Assembly (NCBI GenBank): GCA_002189035.1
Contig: CM007989.1
Span: 5,952,001 to 6,016,000 of the forward strand
From: Utricularia gibba
Lineage: Eukaryota; Plantae; Magnoliophyta
DNA length: 64,000 bases
Direction: 5' to 3'
Below the pieces are notes generated by a model. That model ran no database searches. It saw only the letters and a list, made by a program, of their open reading frames with translations, and was not told the DNA's origin. Within the stretch, counting starts at the first letter, position 1. Each line of letters opens with the position of its first letter. The position numbers were made by a program, and so were the translations under genes. Below, piece after piece: positions 38,162 to 50,835 of the stretch.

Positions 38162-41100
38162 TAAACAAATGTGATTCTGATCGGGGCTTCTAGCCTCGAT
38201 GATAATAGCAGAAATCAAATAAGCAAGAAAGAGTTCACAAGTCGCACTCAAAAAACACAGCAGTGAGTCGCACATTTATACTCACTGGGAAAACCAAAAG
38301 CAATACGTAACTAACGGGAAAATAACAGAAACAGGCGTGGCAGCACCATGCGTGCCTTGCACGAGTAGTGCGTGAATCTTGGCGTCCTAACGGTCCGGCG
38401 TCTTTACCCCCTCCTCAAGCGAAGGCTCAGGAGAGCGGAGACCGAGCTTGCCAACGATACACCTGAAAGGCAAGGCGTCCAGGGCGTTGGTGAAAATGTC
38501 AGCCACCTGCAAGCGAGACGGCACGAAGGACGGCACAAGAAACCCAGACTTATATTGGTCTCTAACCAAGTGGTAGTCAATATCGATGTGTTTAGTCCGT
38601 TCGTGGAATACAGGGTTGGCAGCGATGTGAATGGCCGACTGACTGTCACACCACAACGGGATTGGAAGGTGCAGAGGTTGAGCGAGGTCACGGAAGACAT
38701 AGGATATCCAGAGCAGTTCCGCCGTGGTGGTGGCCAGAGAGCGATACTCTACCTCTGCAGAGGAGCGAGAGACAGTGTGTTGTTTCTTAATTTTCCAAGA
38801 GATCAAGCAGCCACCTAGGAACACACAGTAACCAGTAACAGAACGACGCGTAAGGGGCAGGCACCCCAATCCGCATCGCAATATGCCTCGAGGTGGCCAT
38901 CACTACTGTAAGGATATAAAAGTCCGTACGCAGTAGTGGAGTGGAGATAATGAATTAACCGCTTGAGTGCAACCCAATGCTCAACACTGGGAGAATGCAC
39001 AAACTGAGACAACTGCTGCACAGCGAACGAGATATCAGGACGAGTGAAGCTGAGATACAGCAACTTCCCAACAAGTGATCGATATTCCTCAGGGAAATAG
39101 GGTTCTGAAGGATCAATAGAGAATTTGTAGCTGCGAGACATAGGGGTAGGCGCTGCCCGCAACATAGAGGAATCAAAGCTGGATAGAATATCAGCGAGGT
39201 ATCTCTTCTGCGAGAGAAATAAACCATCAGGTCGTGCAAGTAATTCAATACCCAAAAAATAATGTGCAGAGTCAAGGTCCTTGATCGTAAAGCGAGAATG
39301 TAGTGCTGACTTTAAGGCGTTAACTGCATTCAGCGAGGATCCAACAATTAAGATGTCGTCGACATAGACTAAGAGCGCCAAAAAATCAGAGCCTCGACGT
39401 ACAAAGAGGCAAGCATCAGAAGCTGCTTGAATAAATTGAAGAGTGAGCAAATAACGCGTCAACTCCACATTCCACTGCCTGGAGGCCTGCTTAAGGCCAT
39501 AGAGCGATTTCTGCAGTAGGCAAACATCCCCAGGTCGACATGAAACACCCTCTGGAACAGCCATAAAAATTTCTTCATCCAAGTGACCATGTAAAAAGTC
39601 ATTGTTCACATCCACTTGGTGGATATGCCACTGATGCGTTGCTGCCAAGGCTAATAGAAGACGGATAGTAGTAGCTTTAGCCACAGGGGCAAAGCTCTCA
39701 TGAAAGTCTATTCCTTCAACTTGGGTGTATCCCTTAGCAACTAGGCGAGCTTTGTACCGTTCAATCCCCCCATTAGACAGTCTCTTAATCTTGTAAACCC
39801 ATTTACAGCCAACAACATGTTTACCATCAGGTAGAGGGACGATTTTCCAGGTTTGATTAGTCTCCAAGGCCCGAATCTCTTCACGCATGGCATCACACCA
39901 ACGCTGATCTTGGGATGCCTCCTTATAGTTGCGGGGTTCCTGTATGAAGTAAGGCTCTTCAGGACAACTGAGATTCACCTGATAAGTGTAATAGGCATCC
40001 AACCATGCAGGTGGGTGTGCAGCCCTCCCACTACGACGCAATATGGTGTTGTTTCCATGATTTCGGAGAGGAGAATGGGCAGGAGACAAATCAGTAGCGT
40101 TCCCAAGATCCTCAGTAGGACGCTCTGCCGAGGCAGACCTTGCACTGTCTAAAGGATCAGGTATATCAGAATGAAAGGAAGGCGGATCACCCCCATTGCG
40201 TGCTTGCAGATCATCATCTATCTCAGCTTCAGGATGCTGATTGAGGAAAGAAGCAGTGCTGTCCCCAAGATCAGCCATGAATCCAGGATCATCAGAATTA
40301 TCAACCGGCTGGTATAAAGGCAACAGAATATCAAGTGAATCAATGTCAGTGGACCCATGTTTGAGGGATAGACTAGCTCATAGAATTTAACATCCCGTGA
40401 CACAAAGAGCTCTTTGGTATTTAAATCATAGAGCTTATATCCCTTGTGATCCATGGGATAACCGAGAAATATGCACTTGCGAGCCCGAGGTCCCAATTTA
40501 TCAGAATGAGCATTGGAAACAGCAGCATATGCAAGGCAGCCAAAAACTTTCAGGTGATATAAGCAAGGCACAGAGTGCATCAGAACCTCAAAGGGCGTTT
40601 TCCAGCCTAAGACAGAGGAGGGCAGACGGTTTATAATATGGGTTGCTGTGAGGACAGCCTCCCCCAGAACATAGGAGGAAGACCCGCCTGAAACATTAAT
40701 GCCCTAGTGACTTCCAAGAGGTGCTTATGCTTGCGCTCCACACGTGCATTTTGCTGCGGGCGTTTGGTGCACGAAAATTGATGCTGAATCCCTTCGTCAG
40801 CACATAAACGAACGCTGCAGCTGCATGTTCAAAAACTCACCACCTTTATCTGATCGAAGGTGCTTGCAAGTGTGGCCAAAATGATTCTGGCCATAAGTGA
40901 GAAAGGCATGCAAATGCTGATCGACCCCTGTCTTAGACTTGAGCAAGAAGGTCCATGTGGCACGCGTGTGATCGTCAACGATGGTAAGAAAATATCGATT
41001 ACCAGTGAGAGTGGCATGCTTGTAGGGACCCCACAAATCGCAATGGAGTAGGTAGAGGGCATGAGGTGCACGTGACTGATTCAACTGAAAAGGGAGTCTG

Positions 41101-43774
41101 TGAAATTTCGAAAATTGGCAGATGTCACAGGGTGCACCCTTCAAGTCACAAGCAACAGTCACATGTTTAGCCTTGGACTCAGAAATGTGGCTAAGCCGAC
41201 AGTGCCTTAACAGGTTGTCGTGCGTGACATTATTTGAATCAGCAAAGAAACACAATTTGGGCAATAGAACATTCACCAATTTATCTTTCAGCACCTCTAT
41301 TCCTCCTGTCTTCGTTGAGAACGCAGCAAGCAAAGCTGGTGAAAAAGATCTCTTATCGAGCACATATAGGCCATCCTTTACCCTTCCAACAGCAAGTATC
41401 TCACTGGTATCCTAGTCCTGCAGTAGACAGTAGTGGCTGGAGAAAACAACAAGAATACGAGTATCCGCAGCTAATTTCTGCACAGAGAGCAGATTGTATT
41501 GGAAATGAGGGACGAATAGGGTGTCCTTTAAGGTCAAAGTGTCTGCCAGAGTGACATCACTGATGCTGGCGACAGCAACTGATTGACCATTCGGGAGATT
41601 GACCCGCACTGTACCAACCGGCCTCAAAGAGTTGAAGCACATATCAGAGTACCCAATATGTGTGGTAGCCCCCGAATCCACTATCCATTCCCAAGAATTG
41701 CACACGAAATTGGCATGAACATCACTTGTTAGACACAATTCTACAGTGGACATACCTGCAAATTCCATTTTGGAAAGATTGATACTCTGTTGGCCTGATG
41801 ATGAGGTGGGTGGCAGAGTACTAGCACTGAGTAATTTCCCCAACTCACGTTGAATGAGCTGCAAAGATTCCGTGTAACCAGAGGTATTATCAGCAGTGTT
41901 ACTAGGGGTCAAATGTTCATCAAGAGGGCTTTCCACACAATGTGCTGATGGTTGGTAAGAACCCCACCGTGGGAATGACTGCTGAGGAGCATAAGTCTGC
42001 AAGTTTTTCTGAAATGAGCCCTGTTGTTTTCCTCCTTTCTTCCGCCACCAAGGGGGCGGCTCCTTGACTGTGAAACAAGTGTCCTGCATGTGCCCAGATT
42101 TTTTACATATCACGCAATAACGGTTATTATTGGAAGTCTGAATAAGGTCAGTGGTAGAATAGATGATTTCCAATGTGGTAATGAGGGTTGACAGGATATT
42201 TTTGCTGATGTTGCTGTTTGAGAATGGATGTTGTTGGAGATTTGGATATTGTATTGAGGTTTTTCAGCTACAAAAATAGCATTTTTATCCATTACAACGA
42301 AGCCATATTTATAGAACAGAAAAATAGCCGTTAGGTGATTCGCGATATCTTATCCTCTGAGAATTTCTGTTTCCGTTCTCCTTCAGCAGAACGGTCATCT
42401 CGTGGGAGAGGATGCTCTCTACTAGATTGGGCTTGGGACATTGCAGGGCTCAATGAACTTCTGCTTGCATATATGACATATATGACCTGGTATACTGTTT
42501 ATTGGGCCCATAACAATAAGTCCAGTAATAAGTCCAGTGTCTGTATTTTCCCTCTGATTTCTGGTGATGGACTTTCTGCGACAGTTTTCCTCCTTCGGCT
42601 CACGCTCTTCTGCCTCAGGTCCCTGGTGCTTCTGATTTTTCTCAGTTTCAACATCACCGTCCAACAGTTATCTCGTTTCTGACCTGGACCTAAGTGTGAT
42701 GTGCCCTGAAACTGAGTGGGCTTCGCAAGCATGGTAGAATCTGTGTGGATATTGACTCCTTCAGAGTGCCGCTTGCTGAGCTGCTGCTCCACATTGAGTA
42801 GGGCTGCATAAGCTCGAGACACACTCATAGAATCATCCATGGGCAGTATTTGATTTCGAGTTCCATCATATTTGGCGTCTAAACCAATCAAAAATTGTGT
42901 GAGCTTCATGCTCCCAAAAAATTTGTCTCCTCCAACAGATGCATTGCAACGATCACGCTTGATATCTGGGAATAGAGAGTCTAGATCCTTCCATAGCGCA
43001 TTGAGCTTGGTATAATACTCCGCAATGCTCATCTCGCCTTGCTTTAGGTTATAGAGATCGAATTGCACTTGATAAATCATGTTGCTATTCATTTGACCAT
43101 AATGTGCCTCTAACGTTTTCCAGAGATCGTAGGAGCTATCGCAACTGATAAAACTGGACACTAACTCTTTGGAGATGGAGTTCAAAAGCCATGAAATGAC
43201 CATGAAATCGTTGCGTAACCAAAGGCCATAACTAGGATCTGTCGCCGATGGTTTCTTAACATCACCGGATATAAGTCCGAGCTTGTTTTTGGCTCCAAGT
43301 GCTAAGCGAACGCCGCGTCTCCAATTGAAGTAATTGCGGGTAGTGAGAAGCTCACTTACCAGCGAAGCATTCGGATGATCAGAACCGCTAAGATGAAGAG
43401 GATCGGTTCTGTCCAACTCTACACCGGTAAAGGCTGATCGAATCACGGAAGCACCTGGAGTGATCTCTTCCATTGCAACACGTTGACGAAGGAGGTGAAG
43501 GTTGCGGCTCCTCCACGCTCACCGCACCATAAACAAATGTGATTCTGATCGGGGCTTCTAGCCTCGATGATAATAGCAGAAATCAAATAAGCAAGAAAGA
43601 GTTCACAAGTCGCACTCAAAAAACACAGCAGTGAGTCGCACATTTATACTCACTGGGAAAACCAAAAGCAATACGTAACTAACGGGAAAATAACAGAAAC
43701 AGGCGTGGCAGCACCATGCGTGCCTTGCACGAGTAGTGCGTGAATCTTGGCGTCCTAACAGTCCGGCGTCTTTA
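38162..43774 (-). mobile_element. Young Ty1/Copia retrotransposon (Ale/Retrofit-like gag) with TA..TA termini and tRNA-Phe PBS
   Basis: 245-bp LTRs 38162-38406 and 43530-43774 with one mismatch. 5-bp TSD GTCTT (38157-38161 / 43775-43779). PPT GAGGAGGGGG. PBS 43529-43512. gag, WIVDSGAT, HCDLWGP, LVYVDD and YCDADW in several broken frames. Confidence 0.95.
43512..43529 (-). promoter_or_regulatory. Primer-binding site complementary to the 3' 18 nt of cytosolic tRNA-Phe(GAA)
   Basis: TGGTGCGGTGAGCGTGGA directly abuts the 5' LTR. It is the complement of TCCACGCTCACCGCA-CCA, the plant tRNA-Phe 3' end as recalled. Confidence 0.85.
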
Positions 43775-45957
43775 GTCTTCCGCCACCTGCACCAACGTGC
43801 ATCCCCAGAACACGGCGCCGGTCTCCCCAAGTTGCCCCCCGGCTTCATTATTTAGTGCGATATAGATACCCATTTTTATATTGAAATGATTCCTCTTCTC
43901 CATGTTGCACCAAGTTTGCAATTCCTTAATAATTCATTCTTTCTGATGCCTCTTTGTACCATAAAATATTTCTCTAATTGGAAGTGGAGCAATATTAGTT
44001 ACTATGTTTATGCCTAATAACAATGAACTATAAGTGAAACACACAAGGAATCATGATTAATTATAAAGTGACCACTTAATAAGTTTCTCTCATACAATAA
44101 GTAAAAAAAATTATATTATCAGTGATCACTTTTATTATACAACATCTTACACATGTAAAGATTTGTAATTATCTCACTTTAACATGTGTTTTTTGTAATA
44201 AATTTTTTAATAATTTTCAGAATTTTTTGAAATTTTTTATTGAATGATTTTGATTGAATTCATGGTTTTAAAACTGGGATGGGATGTGATGGTAAGCGCT
44301 TAGGATAGCATCGTGGTGGACGAAGTTAAATACGGTACGGCTGAGAAAAAATTAAAAATGAGGGCCCATGGAAGGTATCTTTTACGTACATGTGCATGAC
44401 CATGCAGTGGTTTACGTCCACGTCATCGTTCACTGCATTTGCCGAGGAAAGGGAATAATATTATAGAAAGATTCACCCCATTTCAAAATACTGTTACTCA
44501 GCGGGACTTCAATATATTATAAATCATGGTCCAACCCAATTTAGAGTAGAGTGTTTGGATCTAAACTACTCGAAAATGCGATCGAACAAAAAAATAAAGA
44601 AAAAAATGCTAATTTTATTCATACAAATGACATATCTCATTACCTTATCCTTAAATTCAGATAGCCATGCCTGACTATCTAGACATTCTAGCTAGAAAGA
44701 GGAGCTATTACCAAAACCTTAAAACACCTACTATTTGGATTGCTTTTCAAGGCTTGGACCAAATATGAATATTTTTTGGATTTGTTTGGTATTTGTTGTT
44801 AGTGGAAAATGCTAATATTTATATTAAAAAAAACATCTTCGTCAAGTAGAATAAGATTAATAAAGGATTGAGTCATTGAGATTAGAATATGTAGCTATAA
44901 GTACAAAATTGAAGTAATAGCTATGTTATACAGTTTACTTAATGTATTGAATGTAGATCATTTGTACCAGTTTAAAACATTAATATGGTGTCATCTATCG
45001 TTCATAATCATTGATAACTTATAAATTTCATTTTATCTAATAAATCTGATAATGAACATGCTACTTATTTGAAACTTTTGACATTTTTTTTCATCTTTTT
45101 TATTATAAAAAAAATTTTAAAAAAATATTTAATGATAAAAAAGAATGTGATATTTCTCAATTTCAATTTCAAGACATGTCAAATCTGTTTGGGATTCTGA
45201 GATTTATGTATGCCATATCTTATTTGATATTTTATCATTTTGTTCTTTTTTTTCATTAAATAATAACAATAATATAATTATTTTCTCGTACAAAAAACAT
45301 TTTGTATTCTACTTATAATTTATTTTGAAATTAAATAAAAAATTTAAATTATGAATAAATATACTATATCCTTTATTAAATAAAACACAATTCATCACTT
45401 TGGTATCCAGTTCTTGCAATCAGACAAAAGGGAAAGGTCTGTGTTAAAAATTGTAGAGGTGAAAGCTCGGTAGATAGAATTATGAAAGAATGAGGATCGT
45501 CAATGCGAGCTGCCGTTTAGCTGATAGGCCTGAACTAGGTGCTGAACTTTTCAAAAAGAAGACGTAGAGGACCTCCGATGCTGCTCTCATATATGGAAGG
45601 AAGCTTCTCAAGGGCTGGTTTCGTATTGATCCCTTGTATCATGATCACCGGAGGAGAGCTCTACAAGGTGATCTCCTCCATGGTGCCGCTCTACGTCGCC
45701 ATGGCGTTGGGCTACGCCACCGTGAAGTGGTGAAGAATGTTCAACGGGAGCCAATGCGATGCCATAAACCGCTTCAATTGCTATTTCTTGATGCCCTTCT
45801 TGACCTTACAAATCGCCTCGAATGTGAACCCAAGCAAAATGAACTTGGGCTTCCTCCTCGGGGACGTCGTCTCCAAGGCTGTGGTGGGGGCTGCGCTCGT
45901 TGCCTGGATCGCTATATGCAGGAATCGAGACGCCGGAAAGTTCTCTTTGGTGATCAC

Positions 45958-46388
45958 TGATAGCGTTTTGTAGAGGTATAGATTTGAGAACACGGATAAG
46001 ATTGTCGGATATTTGATATCAAAGAGGCTTTCTTATTGAGACCCAAAGATATATTTGTTACGATAGATATCACATATTTATAGTCAACCGCTTGGCAACG
46101 GTAGCCTATATACTAGGTGGTAGACGTTACTCCTCCAAGTGTCATTCGACAGCAATGGACCTATTTGTGGGCTGAATTCCTTTCTCAAGGGGCTCAATCA
46201 TTGAGTCCTCTTTTACGGCCCACTTCCTTGTTGTGCTGTCCAGCATAATAAGCCCAAGGTCAGGGCAGTGCAGACCTTCTTATTCATTCTGCTCTCTTCC
46301 GTCGTCCTCCTGATGTTTGGGTCTGTGTCTTCGGTGCTTCCTCCAGGTTGCTTCTAACTTATCTCAGGTTCATCCTCACTCGCTATCA
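45958..46388 (-). mobile_element. Solo LTR (431 bp) in PIN5 exon 1
   Basis: Perfect 8-bp terminal inverted repeat TGATAGCG...CGCTATCA. 5-bp TSD ATCAC (45953-45957 / 46389-46393). Removing it restores VITTFSL. TATA-like CTATAAATA on the minus strand. Confidence 0.92.
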
Positions 46389-47062
46389 ATCACAACCTTC
46401 TCGCTTTCGTGCTTTAACAACACCCTCGTGGTGGGTGTGCCCTTGCTGAGTGCTGTGTATGGATTCTCAGGTAGGATTTGGCCATTCAATCTTTGATACT
46501 TCAGTTCCTTCTCCGGGTTCCGATTCTGTTGTTTCTGTACGAGTTCCAGGATGCATATTCGATAGACAGAAGTGAAGGACCGTGATGATGAATCTCAGAA
46601 CAAACAGCAAAATTCTATTGAGAAGAATGAATCGTTAGTGAAAGCCGAACAACTCAGCGCATCGCAACGCAAGAAGAGAAAGCGAAAAGGAGTTCTCGGA
46701 CTGGTTATCCTCGATCCATCCTCAGCAAAGTGGGCTAGTGGACAAAAAGAAAATAACTCTATGAGCCCAGGATCAAGGCTGCAATTGAAGAAGAGTCGAG
46801 CCCAAAAGGAGAGTCGATCCAAACAAATTGAATATACAGGATAATCTGAAGTAATGGCCACCAACCTCCAACGGCTAAGTCCCTAGAATGTAGCCAACGG
46901 GCGTCTCATAATTCTCCTATAAGTACCTGTAGTTTCTTTAGAAAATGAAGAGTTGTATTTTTCTCTTAGACACGAAGTCTCTCAAGTAGCTTTATATACC
47001 GCATACTCATGCTCATGCTCAGGCTCATGCCCATATTCTCCAATACAATTACACTGCTTACA

Positions 47063-47080
47063 TGGTGAACCCGACGTGAA
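47063..47080 (+). promoter_or_regulatory. Primer-binding site complementary to the 3' 18 nt of cytosolic tRNA-Trp(CCA)
   Basis: TGGTGAACCCGACGTGAA directly follows the LTR-terminal CA. It is the complement of TTCACGTCGGGTTCA-CCA, the plant tRNA-Trp 3' end as recalled. Confidence 0.85.
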
Positions 47081-49938
47081 ACGAGATATTCAACACTGAT
47101 CAACCTTCCACGCCCTGGTTTGTCTCTATGCTCCTGATACTCTAATCATACTTCCTTGTTTCTTTTGCCCTTGGAGTCCTACAGATATAACCACAAACAT
47201 GTCGGTCACAAACATAGCTCCACCTTCATTTGATGGAAAAGAATATGATATATGGGCACCGAAAATGGAGATATACTTACGACTCCATGGCCTATGGAAA
47301 ATCTTTGCAACCGATCCTATATTTGAAGGCACCACAGATGAAAAATTAGTAGTAGAAAAAGCTTACCGAGAGAAGGAGATTCAAGCGGCTGCTGTTATTG
47401 CCTCAGCTGTAGTAGGAGATGCCTATCGTTGCATCACAAGAAAATCTCCTCGAGAAGCTTGGATCACCCTTCAATCAACCTATGAAGAGATAAAAGAAGA
47501 CAAACAAAGGGAAATTTAGACGCTGTGGAATCATGTCTATAATTTCAAAATTAAAGACGGCGAAGTAGCAACAAGTGCAGAGCAACTGCTTAAGAATCTT
47601 GAAAAGCTCAAACGACTTGGGGAGGAAGTTGATGAGCGCGAAGAGCGAAAGCTCAAAGCCCGAGTGATTCACGGGGCACCCTCTGAATTCGATGCTGTAA
47701 TCGAATCACTCAAAGCCATTGGATTCCTTGAGACTTTCAGTCTGCAACAGCTTCTCAACCACTTCAAAAATGTGGATAGCAGAAGGAAGGCTCGCAATGA
47801 AGAAAACTTACAAGACATTGCCTTTAAAGCAGCTCTGTCTTCAACCAACACCAAGAACGACAACCATCAGTCTTATACTGCGCCTGTCTTCCATGCAGCA
47901 AAAAAGGAAAAGAAGGGACCTTACCCTCCATGTCCTTACCGTGCTCAAAAAAATCACCTGCCTATGAGCTGCTTTTGGCATCCGGACACGCACTGCACAC
48001 TCTGCTCAGCTAATGGACATGTGGAAAGGGTCTGCCCCTCAAACAGAGGTACCATGACTGCTAACAGCTTGCCTGCATCAGGAAAGGTCGAAAATGTTCA
48101 AGCGAAGCAAAATGATGTATCTGATGATTTAAATAAATTCTCAAAGCTTTCGATTTACTCTCGGTGTAGCAAGACAATACTAACAGAGTTTACAGACCAC
48201 AGACATAAGACCACCTGGTTTATCGACAGTGCCTGCAGCAATCATCTAACATATGATCGATCAGTATTCACTACACTCACCAAATTATCAGGAAAAACTC
48301 TTACCCTTGCTGATGGAACATCCATTTCAGTCGAAGGCATTGGATCTATATGCCTGGAAACTGATTACAGACTTGTCAAAATTTCAGACGTGTGTTACGT
48401 ACCTCATGCCTCTCACAGTCTATTAAGCGCTGGCCCACTCATAGAACTTGGCTACATTTTATGTCTCGAAGACTATATCTGTACCATTAGAGATCAAAAT
48501 CACAACATTGTATTAAGGGTCCCAATGGTAAATCGTCTATTTTCTACTAACTTTGATTCAACTAATCGTGACCTCATTTTTGCAGCTGTTGACACATCAC
48601 ATCTATGGCATAAAAGGCTTGGCCATCATCATTACACGCTGTTAAAATCTGCTCAAACAAAAGGAACAATTATGGGCGTACCTAAAATACAAGAGTCTCA
48701 TCAACCTTGCAGTATATGTCTTCAGGGAAAAATGAGTAGAAGTTCATTCAACAGGAGGACTGAAATCTCAGACAAAAAACTCAAACTGGTGACCAGCGAC
48801 AACTGTGGACCTATGAAAGTAGCTACGTTGGGAGGCAACAGATACTATATCCTCTTTGTCGACGACTATTCAAAATATACCTGGGTTTATTTTTTGAAGC
48901 AAAAGTCTGAGGCCGCGCAGTACTTTAAAATATTCAAGGCTATGGAAAATCAAAGCGGCTCAAAGATACTCACCCTTCACTTTGACAATGGTGGAGAGTA
49001 CAAATCCGTTGATCTTCGTGATATCTGCAATGACAGTGGTATCACGCATCAGTATACGATACCTTATACACCACAACAAAATGGCGTCTGTGAGCGGAAA
49101 AATCGAACGATTATGAATATGGCAAGATGCTTTCTCATGGAACACAATATACCTCTACGCTTCTGGGGAGAGGCAGTAAATACAGCTGTCTTTCTATTGA
49201 ACCGTCTCCCTACAAAAGGCGCACCTGAATGCAAGACCCCGTTTGAGGTATGGCATGGCAGAGCTCCTGAGCTTCAGCATCTGAAAGTATTTGGGTCTTT
49301 ATGCTATGCATTTGTTCCTAAGGAAAAACAAAACAAGTTGGAAAGTCACTCTCAAATTGGAATATTTATGGGATATTCAGAAACTTCCAAAATCTACAGA
49401 ATCTTTATCCCAGCAACCAACCGAATTTAAATGCAAAGATGCACTGATGTTATAGTGGATGAGTCACATACCATCGATTTGAACTTCACAGATCATGCTC
49501 CAGCAGAAGAAGTCTTGTATGTTCATGCTGTCAATCTCTTATTCCCTGACAGTCTTATTGATAATGATTCACGCAGCCATGGAGACCCAAGAAATCATAA
49601 CTCTACCGATCCCTCGCCCACATATGAAACACTGTATGATAGCAACTCAATTAGAAACTCTCATGAAAATTCCTTGAGGCACGTAGATGAGCTCTATGAA
49701 TCAGAATCTATGTATGAACCAAGCATCCATGAAATGCATGATGAAGAAAATCTGGTTACCCATCAAACTGCACACAATCCTGCGTCTCCCATTGTGGAGT
49801 CTACATATCCACTTGAAGAATTATTGGAACAGGAGGAAAACACTCTACAAAATCATATGGAACAAGAAGAAAATACTCTACAAAATCATATGCAGGACAC
49901 GACAGAAGCACCAGAAAATGCTGAAAGATATTCTATGA

Positions 49939-50835
49939 GATCTGAAAACTATGCATCACCAGATCAAGAGGACAATAATGTGTTACCTGACTCTGTCCTT
50001 CAAGATCAGATGACCTCAGAAGACAATGATGAGTCTTGTGATGAAACCTATATTCCTCATTTTCAGTGTGATGAATTCACTCATAGAATCGATGAAGAAC
50101 CAGTCAAAGGCTACAATACACTTAGTAATATATATGGGAGATCTCTGATGACCCATGAGCCGCTCACCCCTTATGAGGCACTGTGTCATCCTGCTTGGAA
50201 GGCATCCATGGAAAGTGAGCTTAAGGCTATTGAAGAACATAAAGTATGGACAACTGTAGACAGACCTCACAACGTCAAACCTCTCGGCCTTAAATGGGTC
50301 TTTCGGACCAAGCTCAATCCTGATGGTACAACAAACAAGTTAAAATCACAACTAGTAGCAAAAGGATATCCCAAAAAGTGGGTATTGATTTCTAGGAAAC
50401 ATTCGCTCCTGTTGCACGGTTGGACATGATAAAACTTGTTTGTTATACCATTAGGATTGAGCTTGGTCCGAAAGACCCATTTAAGGCCGAGAGGTTTGAC
50501 GTTGTGAGGTCTGTCTACAGCTGTCCATACTTTATGTTCTTCAATAGCCTTAAGCTCACTTTTCATGGATGCCTTCCAAGCAGGATGACACAGTGCCTCA
50601 TAAGGGGTGAGCGGTTCATGGGTCATCAGAGATCTCTCATATATATTACTAAGTGTATCGTAGCCTTTGACTAGTTCTTCATCGATTCTATGAGTGAATT
50701 CATCACACTGAAAATGAGGAATATAGGTTTCATCACAAGACTCATCATTGTCTTCTGAGGTCATTTGATCTTGAAGGACAGAGTCAGGTAACACATTGTT
50801 GTCCTCTTGATCTAGTGATGCATAGTTTTCAGATC
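49939..50835. repeat. 403-bp inverted repeat (fold-back) inside the Copia RT region
   Basis: Arms 49939-50341 and 50433-50835, about 11 mismatches, 91-nt spacer. The ORF track shows the same peptide on both strands (49431..50429 + and 50267..50794 -). Confidence 0.93.

Larger units (their letters stand above)
36462..43865 (+). pseudogene. Polygalacturonase (GH28) pseudogene split by a Copia insertion in the last exon
   Basis: Exons 36462-36656, 36746-37036, 37136-37156, 37242-37448, 37524-37714, 37808-37927, 38005-38161 + 43780-43865. Signal peptide, GDDC, CGPGHGISIGSLG, RIKT. Lesions: 1-nt deletion in SPNTDG (~37380), in-frame TAG at 37886-37888, and the Copia at 38162-43774. Confidence 0.88.

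Noticed and set aside
43512-47080. tRNA-derived 18-mers as tRNA genes
   Set aside because: Only the 3' 18 nt are present, antisense and abutting LTRs. They are primer-binding sites, with no cloverleaf or A/B boxes.
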